64,000 bases of DNA from Candidatus Omnitrophota bacterium (lineage in GTDB: Bacteria > Omnitrophota > Gorgyraeia > Duberdicusellales > 4484-171): positions 33,363-97,362 of the forward strand of contig JBAZGN010000001.1 of NCBI GenBank assembly GCA_041652815.1, written 5' to 3'. Below the pieces are notes generated by a model, which was given only the letters and a program-made list of their open reading frames with translations, did not search any database and had not been told where the DNA came from. The translations under genes were made by a program, and so were the position numbers. Positions 1 through 7,096 of the stretch are shown in pieces. Positions within the stretch are counted from its first letter, which is position 1. Every line of letters begins with the position of its first letter.

Positions 1-11
1 GAAGCTAATCA

Positions 12-203
12 TTATTTTTGCTCTCCTTCACCAACAGCATCTCCTGCCTGCTGGTAGACTCCGCTTATGTGGCGCTGAAGATAAGTTGAAATCATAACCA
101 AACCAAATGCTACGGCAGCGATTAATGCTGCATACATAAGGATTGTTTGGGAACTTTTAAGATTAATTATATTATTTTTTATCATAAAAATAGACAATAC
201 CAA
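12..203 (-). CDS. Small hypothetical protein with a pilin-like N-terminus (KSSQTILMY..., hydrophobic stretch) but lacking the conserved Glu
   Basis: N-terminal pattern resembles the K[AST]Q-x-x-[LI]-E-Y motif of the downstream pilin paralogs, with E replaced by M. Partly overlaps the 172..1080 ORF. Confidence 0.2.
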   Translation of the reverse strand: MVLSIFMIKNNIINLKSSQTILMYAALIAAVAFGLVMISTYLQRHISGVYQQAGDAVGEGEQK

Positions 204-1080
204 TTACCGTACTACCATAATCTTCCATAGCAGTTAAATCATAGGTTGTAGATTTAGAAAGTTCCACTGCGTCATCGAATGTATGAATAGTTACTATACA
301 TTTCTTGCTTTCTTTTTGAAAAGTTAATGTTATTCCTTTTATCTTAAGCAGTGGTATGTTATATTCGTAACATTTTGTGCAAAAATTGCTATATGGAGCG
401 ACCATTGCAACCCATTCAGAAAAAGCATACCTTCCTATATGTGGTTCTCTATCTGTTAGTTTCCATCCAAAAGAAGGCATATTTGTTATCATAAAATTTT
501 GTACTAAATCAGCATCATCATTAGCAAGATAGGCTATACTAATAGAAGGTGGGTTTTCCCATACAAGATACTCAAATTGTTTTGAGTTGGGATAAACTGG
601 CATAAAATCTAATTTACGAGGATCACTAATATTCTGGAAAATAGCTGAAATAAATGTTTCTGCCGACGCTCGAGGATATTTATCTTTAGCATCTGCGAGA
701 GGAAATTCATCGCCCATGATTAATGCATATCTGGTTATTTTACCTTGTTCTTCGGAGAAAAGCATAAAGGTCAAAGTTATGTTTTTTTGTTTAAGTTCAT
801 TTACAAAAAAGAATGTATTTTTTTCAGAAATATCATATTTGGTGTTTTTTTCCTCAAATTTTTCGTTCTTAAATACACTGTGGTAAAATTTTATTATTTG
901 CTCTTTAGATAATTTTGACTGATATTCATATATAACTAATTTATTTTCTTTGTCCTCTGTTTTATTAACCAATTCCGTACCAAACGGTTTTGATAAATCC
1001 AAGTATTCAGCATTTACATAAAAATTGAAACTAAACATGACAAAAAATATAGATAAAAATATTGTTTTGCTAAGTTTCAT
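172..1080 (-). CDS. Secreted hypothetical protein (N-terminal signal peptide)
   Basis: Hydrophobic N-terminal signal-like segment MKLSKTIFLSIFFVMFSFNFYVNA; no recognisable catalytic motif; distal end of the pilus gene cluster. Confidence 0.4.
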   Translation of the reverse strand: MKLSKTIFLSIFFVMFSFNFYVNAEYLDLSKPFGTELVNKTEDKENKLVIYEYQSKLSKEQIIKFYHSVFKNEKFEEKNTKYDISEKNTFFFVNELKQKNITLTFMLFSEEQGKITRYALIMGDEFPLADAKDKYPRASAETFISAIFQNISDPRKLDFMPVYPNSKQFEYLVWENPPSISIAYLANDDADLVQNFMITNMPSFGWKLTDREPHIGRYAFSEWVAMVAPYSNFCTKCYEYNIPLLKIKGITLTFQKESKKCIVTIHTFDDAVELSKSTTYDLTAMEDYGSTVIGIVYFYDKK

Positions 1081-1095
1081 ATTCTTTTCTATAAC

Positions 1096-2445
1096 TCACT
1101 GCGCTGATACAAGCGACGCATCATGGCTTGCCTGACCATTTTCAATATCCCCATTGCCTTGGAAAGATGCTGTTGAATCACTGAAAACCGGTGGATAGGC
1201 AGTCATTATATCTATGTCGCCACGCATACCCTTTACGGGGCTACCCATATGGAATTGGAAGTTAGAAGATTCAACTTGCCGATCGTGCTCAATGTCCTCT
1301 ATATAACAAATAATATCTTTATTTGTATCATCTTTTTTGCTACTCGATTTACTATCACCCTTACGTAAACCTGCCCTAGCATCTAACACCTTACTTATTG
1401 CCTCCTGCATTGCCATATCTGCTTCCTGCATCTGGAGATCCCCTGAGGCGTCATTCTCGGGACAAGAACATCCCGGTATGGATGTACATGGTACATAGGG
1501 AATACAACTAACTGCCGTTTGGTAATCATTTATTGCGTTTTGCACATCCATTTTAGCCTCTTCAGCAAGTTGCATTGCTTCGTCAAGTTTTTCTTTTATT
1601 TGTTGGCGGTTCTCAACGGTCTCTACCACTTTGTAGTTAAGCGCGTCTTGAATATTCACAATAGCGGTAACCGTGTGAGCTCTGCCTGCACCATCTACCC
1701 AAGAAAAAGTCTTTGCCTCGCCGCTGCGGACAGTTTCAGGTTTAATTTCCTCCAAGAATGCAGAATATTGTTTTTGATTAATTTTTCCTAAACGATGGCT
1801 TATGCCGCTATTATTAAAATTATACATATAGCCTAGATAAAGAGCATTATGGTATATATCATTTTGGCCCTCGTTATCATCCTGGACTCTTTCTCTTACG
1901 GCCTTATAAAAACTTTCCTGCAAATGTGCATAATTAGGTATTAACCCTATATCATTTTCTTTTTGGTCATCTTCTGAATTTGCTTCTGGCCAAGCATTTT
2001 TAATCAATTCGTTAACCTGGCCGATAAATCCTGTTCCTTTACCGGAACCTGCCTTTTTACCAATCTTGTCGTAAGCTTTCTGCGCAAGTTCTGGAGCAAG
2101 TACGATACTAAAACAACAAGTTTTTGATTGGGCTTGTGATGAAAGCTGTGTATATTCCATATAAAGTTTGCTAGTATTTTGTACATATTTTGTGACGGCT
2201 TGATCAAACTTTTCCCAATTCTTCTTAAATGTTTTATCGCCATCGCCGGCATTCGCATTTGCCACATAATTAAACGCGTAAGCCATAGCAGATGCTCCAG
2301 AAAGGGCTGAACCGTCCGTAGCATTGCCGCTATAGGTTTTATCGAGCGCGATTTTACCGATATTTACGGTTACAAAGGTAATGGCAATTAGAGTGGCAAT
2401 AACAATAATGAAAAAAATTGAGATTTGAGTAGAATTATTTTTCAT
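1096..2445 (-). CDS. Membrane-anchored hypothetical protein, possibly pilus-associated (TadG-like by position)
   Basis: Single N-terminal transmembrane helix followed by a large extracytoplasmic domain with Cys-rich segments; sits immediately downstream of the pilin gene array. Confidence 0.35.
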   Translation of the reverse strand: MKNNSTQISIFFIIVIATLIAITFVTVNIGKIALDKTYSGNATDGSALSGASAMAYAFNYVANANAGDGDKTFKKNWEKFDQAVTKYVQNTSKLYMEYTQLSSQAQSKTCCFSIVLAPELAQKAYDKIGKKAGSGKGTGFIGQVNELIKNAWPEANSEDDQKENDIGLIPNYAHLQESFYKAVRERVQDDNEGQNDIYHNALYLGYMYNFNNSGISHRLGKINQKQYSAFLEEIKPETVRSGEAKTFSWVDGAGRAHTVTAIVNIQDALNYKVVETVENRQQIKEKLDEAMQLAEEAKMDVQNAINDYQTAVSCIPYVPCTSIPGCSCPENDASGDLQMQEADMAMQEAISKVLDARAGLRKGDSKSSSKKDDTNKDIICYIEDIEHDRQVESSNFQFHMGSPVKGMRGDIDIMTAYPPVFSDSTASFQGNGDIENGQASHDASLVSAQ

Positions 2446-2534
2446 ACAATATTTGCCTTAAAAGCTCTAAATTTAATTTTCCAAACTTTAGATAAAATGA
2501 ACAAAAACAAAAATGCATAGATAAGTATTAGCCA

Positions 2535-2780
2535 TTAAAAGCAAGGGGCAGCCACGTATCTCGGCCAGGTTGCGCTTTTGTTTCCTCCGGATGCACCGCT
2601 TGCATCAACGCTACGGCTTGATGCCCCGGCTGTAACGCGTGTCGCCGTATAAGTAACTTGGCGCACCGGGATATGAGCATTTCCCCAAGCCCAGATACCC
2701 ATAGCCGCGCCTAAAATAGCGACCGCCGCCATATAAGCAACAGACGATTCAAGGGTTGCTTGAGCTTTTTTAATAAACAT
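2535..2780 (-). CDS. Flp/TadE-like prepilin
   Basis: N-terminus MFIKKAQATLESSVAYMAAVAILGAA: basic residues, then A-Q-A-T-L-E, then a hydrophobic helix (class III prepilin-like signal). Confidence 0.5.
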   Translation of the reverse strand: MFIKKAQATLESSVAYMAAVAILGAAMGIWAWGNAHIPVRQVTYTATRVTAGASSRSVDASGASGGNKSATWPRYVAAPCF

Positions 2781-2798
2781 CCGATACCTCCTAAAAAA

Positions 2799-3371
2799 TT
2801 AGCGGCTTGCGCCTGAGGCGCGGCCCTGCGGATAGCGTGTTTTATCTATCTTATAAGTCATAAATTCTGCAACGCCTGCTGAACGATTCGAACTAACTTG
2901 TCCGTCATTTCTATTAACGCTTACATTTACGGTTGTTGTGGTAACATACATCGGTGTTATTGCGCCACTACTTGCTTCTTCGCCTAAATCATACTCAATA
3001 GGCTGCCCAAACCTGCCGCCTGTTGAATTAATACCCATCCAAAGAGTTTTTTCGGGATCTTCTCCTTTATCCTCTACGCTTGGTATCGCCCACATAACAG
3101 CTCCAGAACCGCTTGAGGTTACTTTATGGCCTACTATCGGGTTACTCGCATCTGCCTGGCGCCGGTCATCCCAAGTGCCATAGGCAACAGCTTTATTATC
3201 GTTATGAGATTTCATAAGTGCCCTACGAAATGCCTGCATTAACTGGTATTGGTCACCGTTAAGCTTTGCGGCATAAGTTACAACAATGCCTACAGCCATA
3301 ACCACAATAGGCGCTAAGATTGCCATTTCCATCATTGCCTGAGCTTTTCTAGAAAAAAACTTTTGTTTCAT
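2799..3371 (-). CDS. TadE/TadF-like pseudopilin
   Basis: Start chosen at MKQKFFSRKAQAMMEMAILAPIVVM (GAGG RBS upstream). Prepilin-like N-terminus followed by a ~150 aa extracellular region. Confidence 0.5.
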   Translation of the reverse strand: MKQKFFSRKAQAMMEMAILAPIVVMAVGIVVTYAAKLNGDQYQLMQAFRRALMKSHNDNKAVAYGTWDDRRQADASNPIVGHKVTSSGSGAVMWAIPSVEDKGEDPEKTLWMGINSTGGRFGQPIEYDLGEEASSGAITPMYVTTTTVNVSVNRNDGQVSSNRSAGVAEFMTYKIDKTRYPQGRASGASR

Positions 3372-3391
3372 GATAAGCCTCATTATTATTC

Positions 3392-3865
3392 TTAACTTGA
3401 TACAAGCCAATCTTTATCATCCCACTTCTTATATTCAAGATCCGGGTAATCCGGTGTTACTGCAGCGCTCGGCGCATCCTGCACATGCAGGGCTGAACCT
3501 TTATGTTCCATTGCAGACCAACCCCTGATACTTGGAACAGGAGCCTGCAAAGTTGTCTGAGATATATTGCTTTGAGAAGTAATGGTCATATTTCCGCCGA
3601 ATTCTTCGTTTTTTGTAAGCGTTGAACTGCTGCTTGAAAATGTCGTACTGCTACCCCATTCGAGCCCGGCGTGAGCAGCTCCGCCGCCGCTTCTTATGTA
3701 TTTATCGGTTAAATCTTTAACGTGAGACTGAATGGCTCTTTTCATAAAATAATGAACTCCTCCGATGACTGCCACAATTATAAAGATAAGTATCGCGTAT
3801 TCCGCAAATGCACTTGCTTTTTTTAAAATAACTTTTTTATTCGGTTTCTTTCCCATTTCCATCAT
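3392..3865 (-). CDS. TadE-like pseudopilin
   Basis: N-terminus ...KKASAFAEYAILIFIIVAVIGGV with E-Y at +5/+6 of the putative cleavage site. Confidence 0.5.
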   Translation of the reverse strand: MMEMGKKPNKKVILKKASAFAEYAILIFIIVAVIGGVHYFMKRAIQSHVKDLTDKYIRSGGGAAHAGLEWGSSTTFSSSSSTLTKNEEFGGNMTITSQSNISQTTLQAPVPSIRGWSAMEHKGSALHVQDAPSAAVTPDYPDLEYKKWDDKDWLVSS

Positions 3866-4307
3866 AGAGGTTGCCTTCGGGATTATGCTTTTTATATATA
3901 TCCTCTGCTACTTGGTCTAGCCGCCTTAAAGAAGCTTCTGTACCTGCATCAATTTGCCCCTCAGATGGCTGTAATATTATACTATCCGAACCGGCTGCAG
4001 TCAAAGAATTGCCCCCTATAACTTTGCTGCCGTTACCCCAAGAAGATACTTTATTATTGACATTTGCTTCATTAGCCTCAGTGTCAGGCTCAATCGGCGA
4101 GCGAGAAACATCTTTTCTTAAGTTCAAAACTTCCTGCGACATTGGATTACTTTTCTGGCCAGCACTATTTGCGGATATTAGCGTCCCTGAATCTTGGCCG
4201 TTTGCACTACCTACAAAATAATTTTGTATTAGAGACAAACAAACAACAACAGCTATAAACAACACGTATTTTACCGCCATATTTTGTATTTTTTTTGTTT
4301 TAACCAT
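3837..4307 (-). CDS. Secreted hypothetical protein in the pilin cluster
   Basis: Signal-peptide-like N-terminus; GGAGG RBS 7 nt upstream of the ATG at 4307; Ser/Gly/Asn-rich. Confidence 0.35.
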   Translation of the reverse strand: MVKTKKIQNMAVKYVLFIAVVVCLSLIQNYFVGSANGQDSGTLISANSAGQKSNPMSQEVLNLRKDVSRSPIEPDTEANEANVNNKVSSWGNGSKVIGGNSLTAAGSDSIILQPSEGQIDAGTEASLRRLDQVAEDIYKKHNPEGNLYDGNGKETE

Positions 4308-4332
4308 CGCTTAACCTCCTCGAAATTACTAC

Positions 4333-4707
4333 CTACTTGCTATTCGTTGCCGTAATCGTTGCTGTTTCTACCCTGTTTGTCGAACTTGTTGTTACTGCAA
4401 AACCTTTTTCCCCTTCGTAGCAAAAATCAGTAGTTGAACGGTTCGAATGGCCTTTAGAATTAAAAGACACGATTTTACCCACGTTATTATTAGTTGCTGC
4501 CGGAGAAACCCTATAACCGCTCTCCGGAAGAGGTATCGAAAAGGAAGACGAAAAATATTGGCTGCCTAACTGGTCTGCGGTATCCTTGAGTTTCCCTTGA
4601 ATGCTTCTGTTAAAATAATACTGCATTATCATAAGGGCAGCTGCCGTAGAAGCGATAATCATAGTATATTCCAATATTGCTTGAGATTTTCTAAATGCCT
4701 TTTTCAT
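4333..4707 (-). CDS. Flp/TadE-like prepilin
   Basis: MKKAFRKSQAILEYTMIIASTAAALMIM...: K-S-Q-A-I-L-E-Y plus hydrophobic helix. Confidence 0.55.
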   Translation of the reverse strand: MKKAFRKSQAILEYTMIIASTAAALMIMQYYFNRSIQGKLKDTADQLGSQYFSSSFSIPLPESGYRVSPAATNNNVGKIVSFNSKGHSNRSTTDFCYEGEKGFAVTTSSTNRVETATITATNSK

Positions 4708-4740
4708 ATAATTTTTACTTTGCTTACACTTTATATAAAT

Positions 4741-5067
4741 TTACCAAAGATGCAATTGCCTTTTTTTATATGAATTATATGAACCCCTGACTGCAGTCGA
4801 TGTTGTGGGATGGTCCCACCCCGGTGTGGTCGATTCATTAGTGCTTACATTTGATATATAAAGCTCATAATCTTTAGTATCAGCTACCTGATATTGTTCC
4901 CCCAGCTGATCGCCATAAAGCTGAATTCTGCCTTGCATGCTGCGCCTTATGTATACCTGCATAATAAGCGCAACACCTACCAGAACCGCGATAAGCAGGC
5001 TATATTGCAGCGTTGCCTGGGCTTTTCTATAAGTATTCATAATAATATTATACACTTCTTTTTTCAA
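4741..5067 (-). CDS. Flp/TadE-like prepilin (Gln at the conserved Glu position)
   Basis: ...YRKAQATLQYSLLIAVLVGVALIM...; paralog of neighbours, E at +5 replaced by Q. Confidence 0.5.
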   Translation of the reverse strand: MKKEVYNIIMNTYRKAQATLQYSLLIAVLVGVALIMQVYIRRSMQGRIQLYGDQLGEQYQVADTKDYELYISNVSTNESTTPGWDHPTTSTAVRGSYNSYKKRQLHLW

Positions 5068-5084
5068 AAATAGCTGATGATTCT

Positions 5085-5438
5085 TTACTGCGCCGTGGTT
5101 CCCTTGTCTTTACCTACCCATTTTTCACTCTCAAGAGATTTTATCTTACGAGTTGCATTCTGTGTTTGCTTCATACCGCCGATGTTAACTACAGTTTGCG
5201 TACTGTAACCTTTGGTAGTAGCTTCAGTCATCGGTGCAGTCAGGTTCGAAACCATTTCATCCTGCCGAAAGGTTAAACCCGGCGAATATTGCTCGCCTAT
5301 TTCATCAGCTGACGCTTGTAATCTTCCCTGAACGCTTCTTTTTAGATAATTCTGCATTGTAAGGAGCCCGCCTACTACAACGCTTATAAGAAGCGCGTAT
5401 TCCAATGTGCTTTGCGCTTGTCTAAGTTTTGTTAACAC
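5085..5438 (-). CDS. Flp/TadE-like prepilin
   Basis: MLTKLRQAQSTLEYALLISVVVGGLLTM... Confidence 0.55.
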   Translation of the reverse strand: MLTKLRQAQSTLEYALLISVVVGGLLTMQNYLKRSVQGRLQASADEIGEQYSPGLTFRQDEMVSNLTAPMTEATTKGYSTQTVVNIGGMKQTQNATRKIKSLESEKWVGKDKGTTAQ

Positions 5439-5457
5439 TTTAGCACCTCCTTTTAAA

Positions 5458-5763
5458 TTATTTACTTTCTTGTGATGTCCAAACAGCAGTACTGGTATCG
5501 GTTGTAGTTATCCAAGGTTCGTCACTGCCGGCTGTAACATAATTTTCTGTTCTTACACGATTTTGCGACTGCTCTGTAGTCGTTTTAATGCCGGTTGTAG
5601 GTTCATATTCCTGGTTGTTTGAAAGCACCATTGCTGCATCGTGAATTCGTGCCTGAATAGCGCGCTTTACTTCAGCCTGTATGCCCATCGCTGCAGCAAC
5701 AACAAGCGAAAGAAGTATCGCGTATTCCGCTGTAGATTGCGCTTTTCTTAATTTTCTTAACAT
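5458..5763 (-). CDS. Flp/TadE-like prepilin
   Basis: MLRKLRKAQSTAEYAILLSLVVAAAMG... Confidence 0.55.
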   Translation of the reverse strand: MLRKLRKAQSTAEYAILLSLVVAAAMGIQAEVKRAIQARIHDAAMVLSNNQEYEPTTGIKTTTEQSQNRVRTENYVTAGSDEPWITTTDTSTAVWTSQESK

Positions 5764-5788
5764 TTTATTACACCTCCTTTAAGTAAGC

Positions 5789-5977
5789 TTAGTTTCCGCC
5801 TACGTTGCTACGAAAATTAGTAGATGCATCCTCAATAGTTCCTGATGCTTCGCCAAACATCTTATCCACTGCTTTTGTCACAACGCCGTTTTTCCCTGTA
5901 GCTGCAACTACTGCTGCAACTATTGCCGAAAGGACCAGTATATACTCAAGGATACTTTGAGCTTTTTTCACTACCAT
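5789..5977 (-). CDS. flp: Flp-family pilin (62 aa)
   Basis: MVVKKAQSILEYILVLSAIVAAVVAATG...; size and architecture typical of Flp pilins. Confidence 0.6.
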   Translation of the reverse strand: MVVKKAQSILEYILVLSAIVAAVVAATGKNGVVTKAVDKMFGEASGTIEDASTNFRSNVGGN

Positions 5978-5999
5978 TTCAATTCACCCCCCCCTTATT

Positions 6000-6158
6000 T
6001 TATCGGACACCATTCATTGGATCGCTTAAGTCAGCTTTTATATGATAAAATCTTGCATTGATTGAACGAATTATATATCCACTCATTGTAGCAAGAGAAA
6101 TAGATACTATAGCGATTAGAAGTGCGTAGTCGAGAAAACTTTGAGCTTTTTTTAACAT
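6000..6158 (-). CDS. flp: Flp-family pilin (52 aa, below ORF-track cutoff)
   Basis: Manual translation of the minus strand: MLKKAQSFLDYALLIAIVSISLATMSGYIIRSINARFYHIKADLSDPMNGVR. Same N-terminal motif as neighbours (D replaces E). Confidence 0.5.
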   Translation of the reverse strand: MLKKAQSFLDYALLIAIVSISLATMSGYIIRSINARFYHIKADLSDPMNGVR

Positions 6159-6161
6159 AAT

Positions 6162-6341
6162 TTATTGTGCATATTTACCTATGCCGGCCTGTAAATTGGT
6201 TAATCCCCTTTTTACACCTATACGCAAAACTCCTGTTCCAACTACAATAGCCACGATTATTGCCCCTACAACAATTAAATATTCAATGATAACCTGCGAT
6301 TTAAGATATCCAATTTTGATTTTTTTACCTGTTAGTTTCAT
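6162..6341 (-). CDS. flp: Flp-family pilin (59 aa, below ORF-track cutoff)
   Basis: Manual translation: MKLTGKKIKIGYLKSQVIIEYLIVVGAIIVAIVVGTGVLRIGVKRGLTNLQAGIGKYAQ. Confidence 0.5.
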   Translation of the reverse strand: MKLTGKKIKIGYLKSQVIIEYLIVVGAIIVAIVVGTGVLRIGVKRGLTNLQAGIGKYAQ

Positions 6342-6477
6342 TTAACTCCTGGGCTAAATGCCTCATCCTGATATCAACTTCTCTTCTTATATATGTACTC
6401 ATTGCCGTCAACGCAAGAGAAACAATCACTATTAGGCCTGCGTATTCAATTATGCTTTGTGTTTTTTTATTTTTCAT
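6325..6477 (-). CDS. flp: Flp-family pilin (50 aa, below ORF-track cutoff)
   Basis: Manual translation: MKNKKTQSIIEYAGLIVIVSLALTAMSTYIRREVDIRMRHLAQELNETNR; its 3' end overlaps the next pilin gene by 17 nt. Confidence 0.45.
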   Translation of the reverse strand: MKNKKTQSIIEYAGLIVIVSLALTAMSTYIRREVDIRMRHLAQELNETNR

Positions 6478-6489
6478 ATACTTTAAGAA

Positions 6490-6651
6490 TTACTCTGTAT
6501 CTAACATTTGATTGGCAACTTTATTCTGATAACCTGAAAAGTTTGTGCCGTTTGTTGCAAAATACGCTGCTACGCCAATTGCTGCAAACATAACGGCAAC
6601 GCATATATATTCGATAATCGACTGCGTTTTTTTAAGTTTTTTGTTTTTCAT
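6490..6651 (-). CDS. flp: Flp-family pilin (53 aa); first gene of the pilin array
   Basis: Internal start of the 137-aa ORF at MKNKKLKKTQSIIEYICVAVMFAAIGVAAYFA...; AGGAGG RBS 7 nt upstream. The longer ORF upstream of this Met is the GC-rich structured leader, not coding. Confidence 0.55.
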   Translation of the reverse strand: MKNKKLKKTQSIIEYICVAVMFAAIGVAAYFATNGTNFSGYQNKVANQMLDTE

Positions 6652-6663
6652 GCCTTTCCTCCT

Positions 6664-6714
6664 AAAAATAAAAAACCGGACTGCCGACTCATAGTGAGAC
6701 GTTCGGCAGCCCGG
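6664..6714 (-). terminator. Intrinsic terminator hairpin within the pilin leader (minus strand CCGGGCUGCCGA-loop-UCGGCAGUCCGG followed by UUUUUU)
   Basis: An 11-12 bp GC-rich stem plus U6 tract, ending about 20 nt before the RBS of the first pilin gene. Confidence 0.5.
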
Positions 6715-6940
6715 TTGTCCTATTAAAACAGGGACCCGTAACTTAAACTTGTTTTGGACCCGTGGCTTTGCTCCTCCCGACTTTGCGCCGGGACTTGCCC
6801 TTTCGTCGCCTCCTGTACCATATAAGTATACCATATTAAAACTTAAAAAATCAACCCAGTCCTGATTATTTTTGAAACCGCTTACAATTAAATTAGCTAA
6901 CAAATACGGGTATTTTTAGGCTGGGCTTGATTAAATTTTA
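6715..6940 (-). promoter_or_regulatory. Structured 5' leader (riboswitch/attenuator-like) plus putative promoter upstream of the pilin array
   Basis: Locally GC-rich, non-coding. Minus strand carries GCAAAG twice and GAGCAAAGCCACGGGUCC; extended -10-like TGTATAAAAT around 6935-6946 (minus strand). Confidence 0.3.
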
Positions 6941-7096
6941 TACAATTTATTTATATACTGGCGGGTAATTGGGGCAAGTAAGCTACGCGGCCCAAAAACT
7001 AAGGCTGATTCTACTGGCATACGCAGGCTAAAAGCCCACGTTTTTTGAATACTTCTGGCTCGGCTATCGCCAGGCCGTAAGCCCGGCAGGTTAAAC

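Noticed and set aside
1519-1791. Plus-strand 90-aa ORF (and similar antisense ORFs at 2004-2324, 2938-3183, 3871-4221, 10744-11280, 11268-11567, 13140-13406, 28630-29067, 33041-33559, 34751-35146, 39690-40049, 48809-49141, 55849-56253 and others)
   Set aside because: Each lies entirely inside a longer, well-supported minus-strand gene; low-complexity translations with no RBS or motif. These are shadow ORFs.
6490-6903. 137-aa ORF extending upstream of the first pilin gene
   Set aside because: Only the last 53 codons (from MKNKK with AGGAGG RBS) look like a gene. The upstream 84 codons cross the terminator hairpin and GC-rich leader and translate to low-complexity sequence, so this is a non-coding leader.
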